DNA of 64,000 nucleotides from Octopus sinensis (GCF_006345805.1 NW_021831041.1:1-64000), one strand, 5' to 3'. Counted from the first letter of the stretch, positions 23,775-36,737 are shown. Numbers and translations are program-made. Notes: a model not told the origin generated them from the sequence alone.

Positions 23775-24966
23775 TTTTTTTTTTTAATTAAGTTAATTTA
23801 TACAAACAAGACAAAAATTACAGATAGCTAAGTTAGTTAAAGGCCTCACGAGACACCCGACCAGCCGCGCGAATGGCGAAGACGTTCCCTCGGATCACAG
23901 CAATCGACAGACGTTCCAGGAGCCAAGAAAACTCTCTTGGATCGTGACTAGTCCTTGAAATATGTTGACCGAGCGAGCGAAGGAAGCGGAGTGTCTTGGG
24001 ACCGAAGATCCCGGAGGACTCCAAGGCAATTGGAGTAAAGAGGAGCGAGTTGGACAGGTGGCCGTACTTGAGAATCTTTCGCTCCTCGGCCTGCCTGGAA
24101 GCGTGACCAGGATTGGCGGCGGACAGCGCGAGATTTCCCAGCGAGAACGTGTCCGAGCAGGTAGAATCCCAAATAAGGGATTTCCCCTGCTCGTAGGGGA
24201 AGGTGGACATGCCGTCAGGGCGTTTGCCATCCCCTCTATCCAATCCAACAGGTTCAAGGATAGACGGGATGCCTGCTGAGGCGAGGGCTCTCTGTACGAC
24301 TGAGTTGAGTTCACTGTGACGGGGGGCACGACCGGCACTCCGCCGGCAAGCGAGGGGATGCAAACCGTACTCGTCAACAGTTCCGCCACAACGGCATTTG
24401 TGCGACTGGCAGATTTTCAGCCCGACACGGAGGGAGATTGCAATTCTTAGGCATTCCTTGTCCAACAGGTTCCCGATGGAAGGGAGAGGGAGAGCCTTTA
24501 ACCAGACACCGCTGCTTTCACAGCGACCTGCACGGAGGCAAGCGACACGGTGTTGATTGGAGACAGGAAGCAGGCCTTCGAAGATTGCCTGACAAGAGAT
24601 TTCGTCCCATTGGCGCTGTACAGATTGAGAGTTGGGCAGCTTCGAACCAAACCGAGCCTCCCACCGACCACGGGCTGCAGAGTAAACTTCAGACAATTTC
24701 CGTTCGGGGAGGTTTCTAAGAACGATGTCTGAGAGAGTACGAGAAGCGTGATGAGCGGATAGGAATGCCGGGAGGGCAAGATCGGAATAGGATCTCAAGC
24801 CAAGGCCACCCCAGCGCACAGGCAGGGATGCCTGAGTCCAGCCTGGATCGTCGAAAGCCAGATTGCAAAGAGAGCTCGTACCGAGCCTGAGGATATTGTG
24901 AAGGTCGGAAAGAAGGTCGCCTCTTTGAAAGCAGGGTGCACATCTTAGGGTGTAAAGGATCTTAGG
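23775..24966 (-). mobile_element. 5'-truncated CRE-clade retroelement with poly(A) tail and 12-bp TSD
   Basis: Intact 383-aa ORF with zinc-knuckle region (CRCGGTVDEYGLHPLAC), RPDG/WD/ES..K..KY RLE motifs and ERLSIAVIRGN; TSD AGAGAAGGAAAT at 23763-23774 and 24967-24978; T-run at 23775-23785. Confidence 0.92.
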
Positions 24967-25499
24967 AGAGAAGGAAATAGCCATGAACGACTTAGTGTAT
25001 AAGGCCTGCTACTTTTCTTTAATTTTATATCAAGTATTCTCTTTGTGAAAATAAACCTATCTTTATCTTCCTATTTATTGGAAGTAAGGCTATACTTTCA
25101 GGATCATTTCTAAGAGAGAACGTTTATCAAAAATGTTTTTAGACAAAACTGTAATAATGTTCTTTACTCTGCATTGCCTGAACGTGACTTGGCGTTCGCT
25201 TTAGAACGTTAAGAAGATTGTTCCCGTTGACTGGAGAGCATTTTGTTCTTTTTTAAAATATCACTCTTTACATTTTAATTTTTTTCGGCGAATTTTTTTT
25301 TGATTTTGAATTTAAACATAGAAAAGAATTATTTTGAACTCTTCCGTACAAGATGGGTTGCAGTTCTCTCGGAAGATCGCTAACGAGACTTTTTGAAAAA
25401 GATGACAAGTCTGGTTGGGATCCTTATTTTCCCTTGTAATTTTCGTTCCAAGCCGATGAAGAAAAATAATTGTTTATAGTTAATCGTTTTTAAAAATTG

Positions 25500-25790
25500 T
25501 CGAATCTCTGCGGGAAACTGCTTGGGCGATCTCATCACTGAAGCGGTAAATTCCGGATGGACTTTTTCGGATCCGTCTTCAGTCCTTGTTATCAAAACCT
25601 CAGGAATATTCGAAAGGCTGTGACTCAACTCCTCACTGACAATGTTAGGAAAATCTCCTCGAAAACAGACGACTGGAGAAATACGAGCTGGCACTTTCGC
25701 GAATCTCGATTGCCGTGCTCCGCGGAAACTGCCATTCAATACGCATGGGGTGTCGTTGAGCTGACTAACATCTAACCTTTTATATTGAAT
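25500..25790 (+). mobile_element. CRE-clade 3'-end fragment
   Basis: KISSKTDDWRNTSWH/SRISIAVLRGNCHSIR motif. Confidence 0.75.
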
Positions 25791-25799
25791 GAGAGAAGA

Positions 25800-26680
25800 T
25801 AGTGAGAAAAAACAAGCTCGATCTGCAGCATTGCCAGAGAACATCCTCGAGCGATAATGTGGGAGACGTTTTTCAGAAATTTTGATTTTTGCAAGCCGAA
25901 GGCTCCGGAGGTTTCGAATATCGGAAGGACAGAGAAATGTTGAGGGGCAATTTGATTGCACTTTTCCGTTATGTTGACTTCGCCAAAACCGCAGCCGATC
26001 CAGGAGAAGATGCGGATGGGGACTAAATTGTATTCGTAGCATCCCAGATGTGGCATTTGCCATTACGGAAAAAGAAGGTTCCCATCCTATTTAGAGGCTT
26101 GCCGTCCCCCCTGTCCAGACCGGCTAGTTCGAGTAAATTCAAGAAACCGGCAACATTGAGTGCTCACGAGATGACGTCGTTGAGTGCCCCGTGACGAGGC
26201 GTGCGGCCTGTTCTCGGGAGCTTCCACATTCACCATACCTTCCCATCGGCAACAACAGGGCGTACAGATATCAATACCCAACCGAAGAGCAACTCGAATT
26301 CGGAGATTCTCGTCATCCAATAACTAGCCCGTTGATGGCGTCTGGGAGACGTCGAGTCAGGAGTCACTGTGTTTGTGAACTGCAGAAAGCAAGCACGCCA
26401 GGCGATGTTGGTCCAGTAGCGGCTGTAGCATGGAAAAGGAGTGTGCTGCCCAGATCTCGTCCTAAATACTCTGTCTGGACATCTCAGAAGGAATTGGGAG
26501 GTTGACTATGGTCCGAAATTCCTGCAGGTCGTCGGCCGGTAGATCCAGAGAGAGTTCGTTTAAAAAGGCTACATGCAGGAAGCGCAAACGTATCAGCTGT
26601 AAAAATACCAGCGCGACAGAAAAATCAGAAAAACTAAAACTTAATGATGAACTCGGAAGAACCATCTACAACAACTAGGT
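25800..26680 (-). mobile_element. Degenerate CRE-clade retroelement
   Basis: DQHRLACL, LLDDENLRIRVALRLGIDIC, IWDAT, PGSAAVLA and FETSGAFG motifs. Confidence 0.8.
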
Positions 26681-26966
26681 GACAAAATTTTCGCTTGTGC
26701 TAAACAATTTTTCACAAGCCAGAGATAGAACAATAAAGTTAATTATTCTATGTTATTTTACGTCTATAGATTATTCTTTGTTGATTAAATGTCAGGCTAC
26801 ATCGTACGAAGTGGAACGATTATTTTTATTCTTAACAGAATCTTAACTAAAGATATGAATTTTAAAGCGGATAATGTAGAATATTACTTAATTGTAAATA
26901 ACTCGATAAACAATGAATAAGATTACTTAAAATTTTCATAAGAGTAGTTTATTTATGAAAATAAAG

Positions 26967-27020
26967 TTGTAGATAGTATGAAAATTGTAGATAGCATGAA
27001 AATTGTAGATACTATGAAAT
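26967..27020 (+). repeat. 18-bp tandem repeat x3 upstream of HOGA1
   Basis: TTGTAGATAGTATGAAAA and two variants. Confidence 0.8.
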
Positions 27021-27113
27021 ATTAATAGCTTTAAATAATGATTAATTTATTTAATAAATAACAAAATATTAAAAAAAATAATAAAAGTACATCAATTAAA
27101 TATCAAACCATAA

Positions 27114-28200
27114 ATGGGAGTGGCACGATCTTTGAGCAGTATTATTCACACATCGATGGCTTCACGAAGATATATAAGCAAGATAAGAGGGATCATTCCG
27201 CCTATCCCAACCCCATTTGACGATAAAGGCAATGTTATCACCCAAAAACTGACCGAGAATATTGGCAAGTGGAACGAGACTGACATAAATGGAATAACCA
27301 TGATCGGATCGAACGGGGAATACCCTCTATTGAGTCCTTCCGAACGTATCCAAGTGGTGAGCACTGCCAGAAAAGCTTTGAATAGTAGCAAAGTATTGAT
27401 TTCGGGAGCTGGATATGAAAGTACATCCGTTAAGTATAACTGCAGCCCCGAGGGCAACGATCGAGCAAATAAACCAGCTGGCGGACTGTGGGGTGGATGC
27501 AGTGCTGGTGAAACCCCCATACTACTACAAACCACAAATGAATGCTGCCACATTTCGTTTGTACTTCAACGAGGTGAGAGTGCTGTAATTTATTCAGGTG
27601 GCCGACGCCTCGCCCCTCCCCGTCATTATGTACAACATTCCTCAATTCACGGGCATCGATATGGACTCACAAATCATCGCCGAAATGGCCCAACACCCAA
27701 ATATAATCGGATTGAAAGAGAGCGGCGGAGATGTGAGTCTCATTTTATAATCTCAGATCATCAAAATATCACAAGTCGTCTCTTTAACTAAAAACTGTGA
27801 GTTTAATGTCTTTATGGGCTCCGCCTCTCTTCTTCTACCTGCCTACGTTGCAGGTACCCTTTTTTTCTTTACCCGCAGGAGCCAAATACTGCATCAGTTC
27901 GTTGGCGGGAGTACTCCCTCGATCAGCCTGCAGGTTGTACTCCCTCCTCCAGTCATCGTCCTTCCAGGAAGCTCTTGAGTTGCAGCAGAGCTTTCTTCCA
28001 CTCAATCACCTCGTTCTATTATTGCTCAGTCACTGAAGGTTGCAAAAAAATCTTGTTCTGCCGGGTATAAGTTTGCCTTGGATGTGATTGGACTTTACGG
28101 GGGACCTGTCCGGGCTCCTCTGGTTAACCTCGACTCCCAGGGACAAGAAGAGTTGAAGACATTGCTTGTTCAATACTACAATAAGTATCAAATTTACTAG
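27114..28200 (+). CDS. HOGA1: 4-hydroxy-2-oxoglutarate aldolase (DapA family), mitochondrial
   Basis: GIIPPIPTPF, GSNGEY, PVIMYNIPQFTG, HPNIIGLKESGGD, GLYGGPVRAPL; R/S-rich N-terminus; introns of 25, 24, 24 and 25 nt. Confidence 0.88.
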
Positions 28201-28812
28201 CAGGACTTATTTACTAATCACTCGTTATCAATTAATATCGATTTGTTCAGTACTTATTAGTCCTCTTTTGTCGTTCGAGTTTACCATTATGTAAAAACTT
28301 TCTAAGGTGGCAAACAGGGCAGTTAAGATATAAATATTATTAAGGAGCATCAGTCACAGTATATTGTCAATACACATTCTCTGCCTCTCTGCAAACGATC
28401 TATCGACGGTGTTGGCTTCCTGTGCAAGATTCATTTTAAAGTTGATTCGGCGATAGAAAATATTATATTGATTGCCCCATCATTAGGAAAATACTGATGC
28501 TCCAGACTAGCAGGATTTTGAAAGATTTGTCGCACCCATTCGAATGCGAATAGAAAATTTGATCAACGCGCAATTGAATGCAAAACCTATTTAGAGCTAT
28601 AAATGCGCTGTCTTGTGGGCGGATTTGTGTGGAACCTCAATAGTAGTAGATAAAATTATTTGATTCAAATTAATAGAACGTCAAATAAATCTTGGACCTG
28701 TGAAAAGCTTAAAGAGGAAAGGAATAGAAGATTGAATCGGGAAATGACTAAAAAGGCAGAAAAAAAGTCGGCATAACTCCCCTCTAAGAATAGGTTACAA
28801 AAATGAAATTTA

Positions 28813-30008
28813 TTAATTCAAAGATTGAATTATGTCATAAAATATAGGAGAAAGCACTTTTCTGGAACTAGACTGATCGTCTTGTCTAAAAACAAGACAA
28901 GTGGGGAATTTCATCGACAGACCAAGATTGATTCGACTACAAAGACGGTCAACGAACTGCAAAATAAACATCACCACCCTTTCCTCATTCATACGCATCA
29001 AACAACTGTGGTGTACGACTATTCCTCGTTCGAAGCCTGAGTCATCCAAAAACCAAGTCAGAATTATTAAAAAGTCCAAATTGTTGCTTTTTGAATAATT
29101 CTCAATTTCCTGGTCCAATTCCGGAACCACTCTAATCAACTCCTAGCAAATATAAATGAAAGCCAACATCGAGTTTGAAGGGGACTGATGCAATTTGTGT
29201 TGAAGGACGCTTCGGGTTTGGCTGAATTTCCTTCATGTCTTTCCTGAGTATTTGTTCGAAAGTTAAATCTAATAAGTATTTTGATTACTTGACAGGTCGC
29301 TCCTAGCAGACCATAATTCTCGGGATATGAGATGCCTCTCCTTTGGGTCCCTACCAAGCAGATCTTCAAGAGTATTAATCATCTCCAGATCTCTAGGAGT
29401 ACCCTTAGAACACGTTTTGTGGTCAGTGAATGCGCAATCAAGCAAGATTGTGTCTAAATTGGCTGACAAGACCAACCATATAACAACTGGGCTAAAATTG
29501 TGTCGAATGGTGTCAAAGTGAGCACTTTTTCGGCTACCAATGTCGAACAGGACCCCACTTTGTGAATGAAAACGTGGTCGGGGATTAGACTGAGTGAAGA
29601 CTCGTCGGTGATTTGGTGATGGTCGACTACTGAAAATAAACATCCAGAAAGTCGTTTTGAAAATCCGACGGGAAAATTGTGGTCTACCAAGGATAGCCTT
29701 GTGGATTGAGGATTTGTGGAGAAAGGAAAATTCAAGTCATCAAAGCACACCAACAGAGAGTCGTGTATGTCCATTTTGCGGAATAAATACACCACTTCTG
29801 TTTTCGTCGGTAATTCTTTACGGTGAGTATTACAAACAGGAATGCAGGTCCATTCTGGAAAAGCGAAATGGCAGTAGTAGGCCAATCCTATTGCGGACAC
29901 GACAGAATCCAAATCGCATGATTCATTCCCGACAATGAAATGGACGTGGTCGGGAATTGAGGATTTGATCAACTTTGTCGTTTTTATTAAAAATTCCTTT
30001 AAACTCAT
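28813..30008 (-). CDS. PRUNE1: Exopolyphosphatase PRUNE (DHH family)
   Basis: VGNESCDLDSVVSA, LSLVDHN, VVDHH, VGSCSTLV motifs; DHHA2-like C-terminal exons. Confidence 0.9.
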
Positions 30009-30637
30009 TACAACAAAAAATTTTATTTAATTTTAATAAACAACTTAAATTTGATAAATTTTCAAATCTTATCAAAAAAATTATAGTTTATAAAAGCTTA
30101 GATCGCTTTCTCAATTATCTGAGCGTAACTCGACAACTTGAATAAATATTGAAGGACTGAATCGGTACAACTGGTAATCCTAAGGGAAGAACACTCTTAA
30201 TCTTGAAAAAAGACTTGAAAAGATACTAATTCACATTATTTGTACTTTCCGCCGTACCAAGGTGGTTTTTCACAAAGGAAGATCGACGTTGTGTAGCCAC
30301 ACAAATGAGATGCGCGACCGTCCGATACTCCGTCTGTCAACTTTTGGGGATCAAGGTATCAAAACATTTGAATCGGTCGAGAAAATCAGGCTCCTACAAA
30401 TATATGGAGGCGAAAATTTTCCCATTCAAAGGGGACTAATATTTGGGATATCCCCTGATTAACTTTAATTTCAACTAAAACATGAAATCATCAATTTGAA
30501 AAGTTGGATCCCATCTGAACGGGCCAGGAGAAAACACATGAAAATACGCTGGATATCTACAAATAGAAATTTATAAATTTAATAACTAAATGCAATTCAA
30601 TTTTTAAATAAAATACTGTTTTTCGTGTGCTGTCTTT

Positions 30638-30934
30638 ATGGGAGTAGTGGACAAGTCAAAATATGTGGCAAGAACAGTATTTTGCAATGGAGATTTAAAT
30701 GAGGCATACAGCACTCTTCAAAAGTACCCCTTCTTGATTGTTTTTAGAATTCTATCAAAAGAAAAAATAGATAAAGAATTCAAACGCAATCTTTTTACTG
30801 AGAGACCTGCAATCAAACGTAACAGAATCGGCAAAGAGCGTTTTATGAGGATTTACAACAAGAAAATGGATAGCAAGGTTCAACTAGTCAAAACCATACT
30901 TCTGCGTGATAATCCGCACCCCTGGAATTGTTAA
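30638..30934 (+). CDS. MRPS21: Mitochondrial ribosomal protein S21 (bS21m)
   Basis: KYVARTV..AYSTLQK/ILS..ERPAIKRNR..RIYNKKMDSKV..HPWNC follows the MRPS21 pattern; probable 24-nt intron at 30724-30747. Confidence 0.8.
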   Translation: MGVVDKSKYVARTVFCNGDLNEAYSTLQKYPFLIVFRILSKEKIDKEFKRNLFTERPAIKRNRIGKERFMRIYNKKMDSKVQLVKTILLRDNPHPWNC

Positions 30935-30959
30935 TTAAACAAAATAAACCTTTTATATT

Positions 30960-32940
30960 TAAATCGTTATATTTATTAAAAATATGGAAAGCTAAATTAA
31001 TCAGAAATTAATCGGCCAGCAAGCCGGATGGAACAGCTGTTCCCACGCACAACGGCCAACAGGATCCTTTGGATTAGGAATGTAAATTCCCTAGGATCCT
31101 TGGAGCGTAAAGAACAGAGGTGGCCAAGTTTCTTTAGATGATCAACTGTCTTTGTGCCAAAGACGCACGAAGTCTCAACAATTGGCCAAAACCAAAAGCC
31201 GTCTAACAAGCCCTGGTATTTTACGGATTTTGTATGTTCAGCCCTATTAGCACGGGACCCGGGCAGAGAGGCGGATTCGTTGATGGCCGACTTAGAGAAG
31301 GAATCAACACACGTGGCGTCCCAAACTAGTGGTTTACCAGTGTCGAAAGCGAACAACGTCGAGCCATCAGGCCTTTTTCCATCACCACGGTCAAGACCAA
31401 TTGGCTCAAGGACAGAAGGATACCCTGCCTTTTCGAGGGGATGGTGAATGATCTTGTTAAGAGCCGAATGACGAGGTATGCGACCTGCGCTTTTCTTGCA
31501 GGAAAGGGCATGGAGCCCGTATGTGTCCATCGTTGATCCACACCGGCAGGGGTGGGGATTACAAATCGGTAGTCCCAGACGAAGGCATATTCCAAAACGG
31601 AGGGCATCAGAGTCTAGGCAGGTATCCAAATGGGTCGTGGGAAGGCAGTTAAGCCAGGAGTCAGAATACGGTTGGCGACTGGCACGGAAGCAAGCTAGTC
31701 TGTGCTGGTCCAAGAGACGCTCCAACGAGACAACGTAATATTCACAAATAATTTTGTCCCATTCACGTTGGAGAGATCGTTCTGACGGTAAGACGAAATG
31801 CTTTTCCTTCCAAAGCAAGAGTGCAGAATTGATATCAGAGTCCAAAGTTGATTCGGGTGATTTTTCAAGAATCTTATGGACAAGAAGATACAATCTGAAG
31901 AAGATGAAAGGAAAGCGGGAAGAGAAAGGTCGAGCGCGGAGCGAAGCCCCAGACCGCCAGAGGATACAGGAAGTTTGGCCTGACACCAACCAACGTCATC
32001 AAACTTGACATTAAAAATCTTCTCAGCGGAAGAACGCACCAGAGCGTCGAAAGAATCCAAGGCAATAGGAATAGAAAAGCAGCGGGAACTCCTTAGGACA
32101 TAATTGATTTTCGGGATCAGAAGATAATTTTTGAGAATGAAATAAGCAGGGTGGGGATCAATATCTGCAAGTTTATCACAAAGGAAAGAAAGGGCATTCC
32201 TCTTGGAATTAAGAATACGAATGGCGGATTGGTCGTAGATCGGAGCACCCAAGATTTCGAGATCAGCAGTGAAAGTATGTCTCAGATCGGGCAAAAGGCC
32301 TCGAAACTGAGAAAAAATGTTTTGAATACTAACACGATCGATGTTAACATTTACGATTTCAGATTTGAGAGAATTAATTTCGAGACCAATGGATGACAAA
32401 GCTGGGATTAGAGATTCCAAGTCCTTTATCAAAATATCGGGCGGACCACCAATAGTACAATCATCCAAATACCAAATATTCAGAGGCGACAAATTCTTAC
32501 GGGCAATAAAAGGAAATAAAGGAATCACCTGCAGTCAAAAGGCTCGGGTATCCATATAAAAGAAAAACAAATGGCAGCAATGAAGGAACTCTGTCTTTAC
32601 AAACCTCAAGTAGATGCTCTCTGTTGAGAGAATTGAACGCATTTTAACATCCAATTTTAGCAGTAGCCGGGGCTTTTCAGAGAGGTGAGTCGAATCAATA
32701 AAACACCGGGATGCGTGGACCGCGGCCTCGCAACCGCCAGGCACGCCAACGCCCAACTGAATGGGCTGGAGTTCGTCACTAATAGACGGAATTACCAGTT
32801 TGCACCCGACTTTTGCAAACAAACGGCGGAAAACATTTCCGACGGCACCTTTTATATTGTTGCGAATACTAATTCGAATAATGTCAGCTTTTTGTTTTGC
32901 TTGAATGGCCATGTTCTGAAATTGTTGATCTTAGAAACAA
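30960..32940 (-). mobile_element. CRE-clade retroelement, RT plus RLE, frameshifted and internally deleted
   Basis: LQPIQLGVGVPGGCEAAVH, LLKLDVK, WYLDDCTIGG, KLPVSSGGLGLR, RPDG and QRILLAVVRGN. Confidence 0.92.
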
Positions 32941-33339
32941 ATGACATTTTCTAAATAGATAATTTCACATAAGAATTATTAATGATTTCAAGTATTGTAA
33001 GAGATTAGGTAGACAGTTTTGCGTATATTCATTCATTTGAGGATTGGTTGTCAGGCTACTTTCAAAGTAAGTATCTAAATTAAGTATGGACATAATTTAC
33101 ATGCAGAAATAAAATGGATTATGTTAGTGTTTGTTTACTTAGCTATGAACAGGACGGAAGAGTCAGAACAGATTTTAGGTTTTGAAATTCTGACTTTTAA
33201 CGTATTTGAGACTCTTGCTGTAAATGTAGCAAAATGACTTATCAGTCTGGTATTTATTGTAAACATTAAGTTTTAACAGAAATTGTATCTTTTCTGTCTA
33301 CGAGCAGATTATATTTTCTTGAATATGCCATTTTTTATT

Positions 33340-34105
33340 AAAAAAGAAACTAATTAACTAAGTAATTTTGCTAACTAAGTCCAGAGCCTTCGAAGTGAGC
33401 AGAAGGTGGCACTCCACGCACCTCCTCCCCTTCTTCCTCCTCTTCTCTGGCACTGTAGACCTTCGAGAAGGTGCAGTCCAGCGCCTCTTGCTGACTAAAC
33501 GTCAGGAAAGGGCTGGATCGGCGAGCATCAAACGAGACACTCTCCAGAGTCCTCTTAAGAACAGTTGACTGTATATAAGCCTGTAGAGACTTATCTACAT
33601 CCAACTGTCTTAAGTACCGCTTGTGGTATTTGGTGACCAGTCCATCCCATGTCATCACACACGGATGACATGGACTTTGCACTGGTGCATCAGTCCTAGC
33701 TCGTTTGCAAGGAGGTCATACTTCCTCCTTTTCTCCACTTCCACTATCTGCAAACGGTCTAGGCACGTGATGCCCACCTCCACGATAACAATCTCCCCGG
33801 TGACCTTATCGTGGACCACAATGTCGGGTCTGTTGTGCTGGACAACAATCGAGGTGCGTATGGGGGTATCCACCTTAATGCACACCCGCGAGTTCTCACA
33901 CACCGATTGAACTCGATGGGTTCGCAACTTTCTGGACCGCCTCAAGCCATACTTATTGCAGAGCAAAAGATGGAGGGACCTCACCACCTCGTTATGCCTC
34001 CATGTGTAATCATGGTAAAGCATACTCCCGCACTTCGTGGCTAAATGGTCAACAATCATTGCCTTACTCTTACAGTGGTTACACTGTTTCCGTTGACCAT
34101 TAAAA
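33340..34105 (-). mobile_element. 5'-truncated R4-like non-LTR element (RLE domain)
   Basis: VDHLATKC..RHNEVVR..NRPDIVV..EVGITC..EKRRKYDLLANELG..PCVMTWDGLVTKYH..YIQSTVLKRTLE; ATTAAAAA present at both flanks (possible TSD). Confidence 0.85.
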
Positions 34106-34417
34106 AGTTTCTATCCTGCAAATATGAGAACAACCCTTCTGATCGGGGAGAGTTATTCCCATATTTCAGCCACGTAGATGACGACGATACGTCAATGTGC
34201 GTTGAATATGCCATTAAGTGAATTTTATTTTATCAGTAATATTTTGAAAAATTTTCCGAACTATTTGATTGCTAAACAGAAAATTCAGGTCTAAAAAATT
34301 AAATCTACAGGATTGCTATAGAACAATACTGGTTGATAAAAACACATGGCCGGAAAAAATGTTTTCACCACAGGCCTGGATAACGGTGGGCGAAACGTTG
34401 AGGGACCAGAGTTAAAA

Positions 34418-34490
34418 CGACCATGCTGGGACTCGAACCCAGAATCTCCCGATCCGTAGTCGGGTGCGTTATCCATTGCGCCACACGGCC
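34418..34490 (-). tRNA. tRNA-Arg (ACG)
   Basis: GGCCGTGTGGCGCAATGGATAACGCACCCGACTACGGATCGGGAGATTCTGGGTTCGAGTCCCAGCATGGTCG; 73 nt, full cloverleaf, anticodon loop CT-ACG-GA. Confidence 0.96.
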
Positions 34491-34599
34491 GTTTGTTGGG
34501 CCAATGATTCCTTATTAAATATTTCTAAATTATCTGGTATTTCATGAATTACTGTGTTAATTCTACAAATTCTTTAATATCAATTTATACATGATATTA

Positions 34600-35500
34600 A
34601 ATTAATTAAGATCGATTAATCGAAGGAAAGGCCAGCAGCCTGGCGGATTGCCAAACTGTTTCCCCGGATAACGGCGATCGAGAACAGTTGCATTAGCCAG
34701 TCCACCTCCCGAGGATCGTGAGTGCGCATTGAGATTTTGGCTCCAAGCTTGCGGAGGAACTTTTCAGTCTTTGAACCAAGAGCACCCGACGTCTCCGCTG
34801 CTATCGGCACCACGAAAAACTCCTCCGAAAGAGCAGAATATTTGGATAGCTTTAAATCTTCAGCCTTTTTAGCAGCAGATTTAGCCTCCAGAGCACATGA
34901 AATTAAATGTGAAGCAGAAAAAGTGTCCCAGCAGGTTGCATCCGATACGAGACCTTTTCCGCCTTCAAAAAGGAAAAGGGTCATCCGTCAGGACGTATGA
35001 TGTCATTCATAGCAAAGTGCCTCGGAAAACGTCCGGCACTCCACCTGCACAATAAAGAATGCAGACCAAAAGAGTCAACAGTGCAGCCACAACGACAAAC
35101 GTGAGAGACACATTGCCTTACCCCGAGAGAGATTCCGATCCTTATTAATTCATCGTTGAGGAGAGTCCGTTCGGGAATGCACAAAGCCAAGCTCAACTAG
35201 CTGGGGATGCTGCCGAAAGAAGGCAAGCGCGGCGGTGCTGGTTGGACTACTCGAGCAGCAGATTGAAAGTTTGCTTGCATCTAATTCGATCCCAGGCTCG
35301 TTGAGACATTCGATTTTCTGGAAAGTCAAGACCTTGTTCCCTCCAGACTTCGCTGAAATGCGTCACATTTGTGTCCAAGGAAAATTCAGAAAAAGAGCGT
35401 AGAATTTCCATGACAAGTGTGTGGCTCGATTTTTCATCACCCCGAAAGATACCAACCGGTTACAGGATAGACGGGAATCCCGCGGAATTAAAAGCCCTTC
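34600..35500 (-). mobile_element. CRE-clade retroelement 3' fragment(s)
   Basis: LHSLLCRWSAGRFPRH, VSDATCWDTFS, LKLSKY, IAAETSG, QLFSIAVIRGNS; extra AGFPSIL*PVG piece at ~35460-35490. Confidence 0.85.
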
Positions 35501-35907
35501 TAATCACTTTATTCTTATAAATTATTGAATCTCTTACAATGTAGGTCACTCTTTTCTTCGAAGAATGAATTTTTGTAAATCAATTAACATTCCACAGACA
35601 CTTGGTTTTAAGAAAGACATTAGAGAGCATAAAATATCTCATTTTAAATTAAACGAAAAATGCAGTGAATGACGGCAAGATTTTATAATTTCAAGAAACG
35701 TGATAATTCGAAAAGGGCAAATAATGAGAAATCGTTTAAAAGAACAAACTTGTCTAAACTCGAGCAGAAGTGCATAATCGAGGAAATATAATTAATTGTT
35801 TGATTTTTACTGTTCGATATTTTAATAATATTCTTGCAATACACGTTGATTTTGATGTCACGTTGAACAAAAAATTAAATTTAAAATCAATTTGTTGGAC
35901 AATTTAC

Positions 35908-36737
35908 ATGCCCATCTTTACTCTCGAATATATTTGGCCACATCCTTTAAACAATCCACCAACTTTGATCGAATTTGTGACCATTTCCATAACCGAATGT
36001 CAAAAAATTTCACAAATCCTGACATATCTCAACAAATTCTTCCCACTGACTAACTACCAGCATTTAAGACGTATCAAAAAATCCAAATCTACCCAAATTT
36101 TACTTTGGCCTAACTCTATTTCCTGCAAGAACGAACAATTTAACGACCTGCAAAGAAACTACCCATTCCTTAATGAAAGTGACCTCTCAATCGTGTCCGT
36201 CCCCAGTACTAACCTACATTAAAACTCCACCACCGACAAGCAATGTCCCACTGGCCAGTCAACTTCTATCCTAATCCCCAATTGGAGTTCAAAATCTCTT
36301 CTGAAAACCTGACAAACCTGGCCAACAAAATCAGTCCACAAATCACGTGCCTTCTTGATTTGATTTCCCTTTCGACCCACAATCCGGACTTTGGATGTCT
36401 CTGCACGAGGGTTCAAATCGTGGATCCGAGGACTGGCAGGGTTGTGGGGGAAAGCACGTATCACGACAGTAGACAGGCCCATTCCACATTCCGAGCAATA
36501 GAGAGAGTGTCCTCAGCTGGATTGGATTCCTCATATTACTTATGCACGGGATTCGACGTGTATTGCTGTCATGAGCCCTGCCTGATGTGTTCGATGGCAT
36601 TACTCCACAGTCGTATTCGCACGTTGTTCTACATGTGCTCGTCTCCCAATGGAGCTCTCGGGTCACGGTATTGTCTCCATCGTGTCCCCCACTCTCTTAA
36701 TCACCACTTTGACGTTTACTACGTGCACGTGTCCTAA
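35908..36737 (+). CDS. ADAT3: tRNA-specific adenosine deaminase subunit ADAT3/Tad3
   Basis: QHLRRIKK, HWPVNF, YLCTGFDVYCCHEPCLMCSMALLHSRI, LNHHFDVY; catalytic Glu position replaced as in Tad3; frames join via a probable 35-nt intron near 36207-36241. Confidence 0.88.

Noticed and set aside
23895-24943. Multiple overlapping ORFs on both strands within CRE copies (also 31154-32954 and 62086-62884)
   Set aside because: Shadow frames of GC-richer retroelement coding sequence.
36207-36241. Frameshift pseudogenising ADAT3
   Set aside because: A 35-nt GT-AG intron containing TACTAAC restores the frame.
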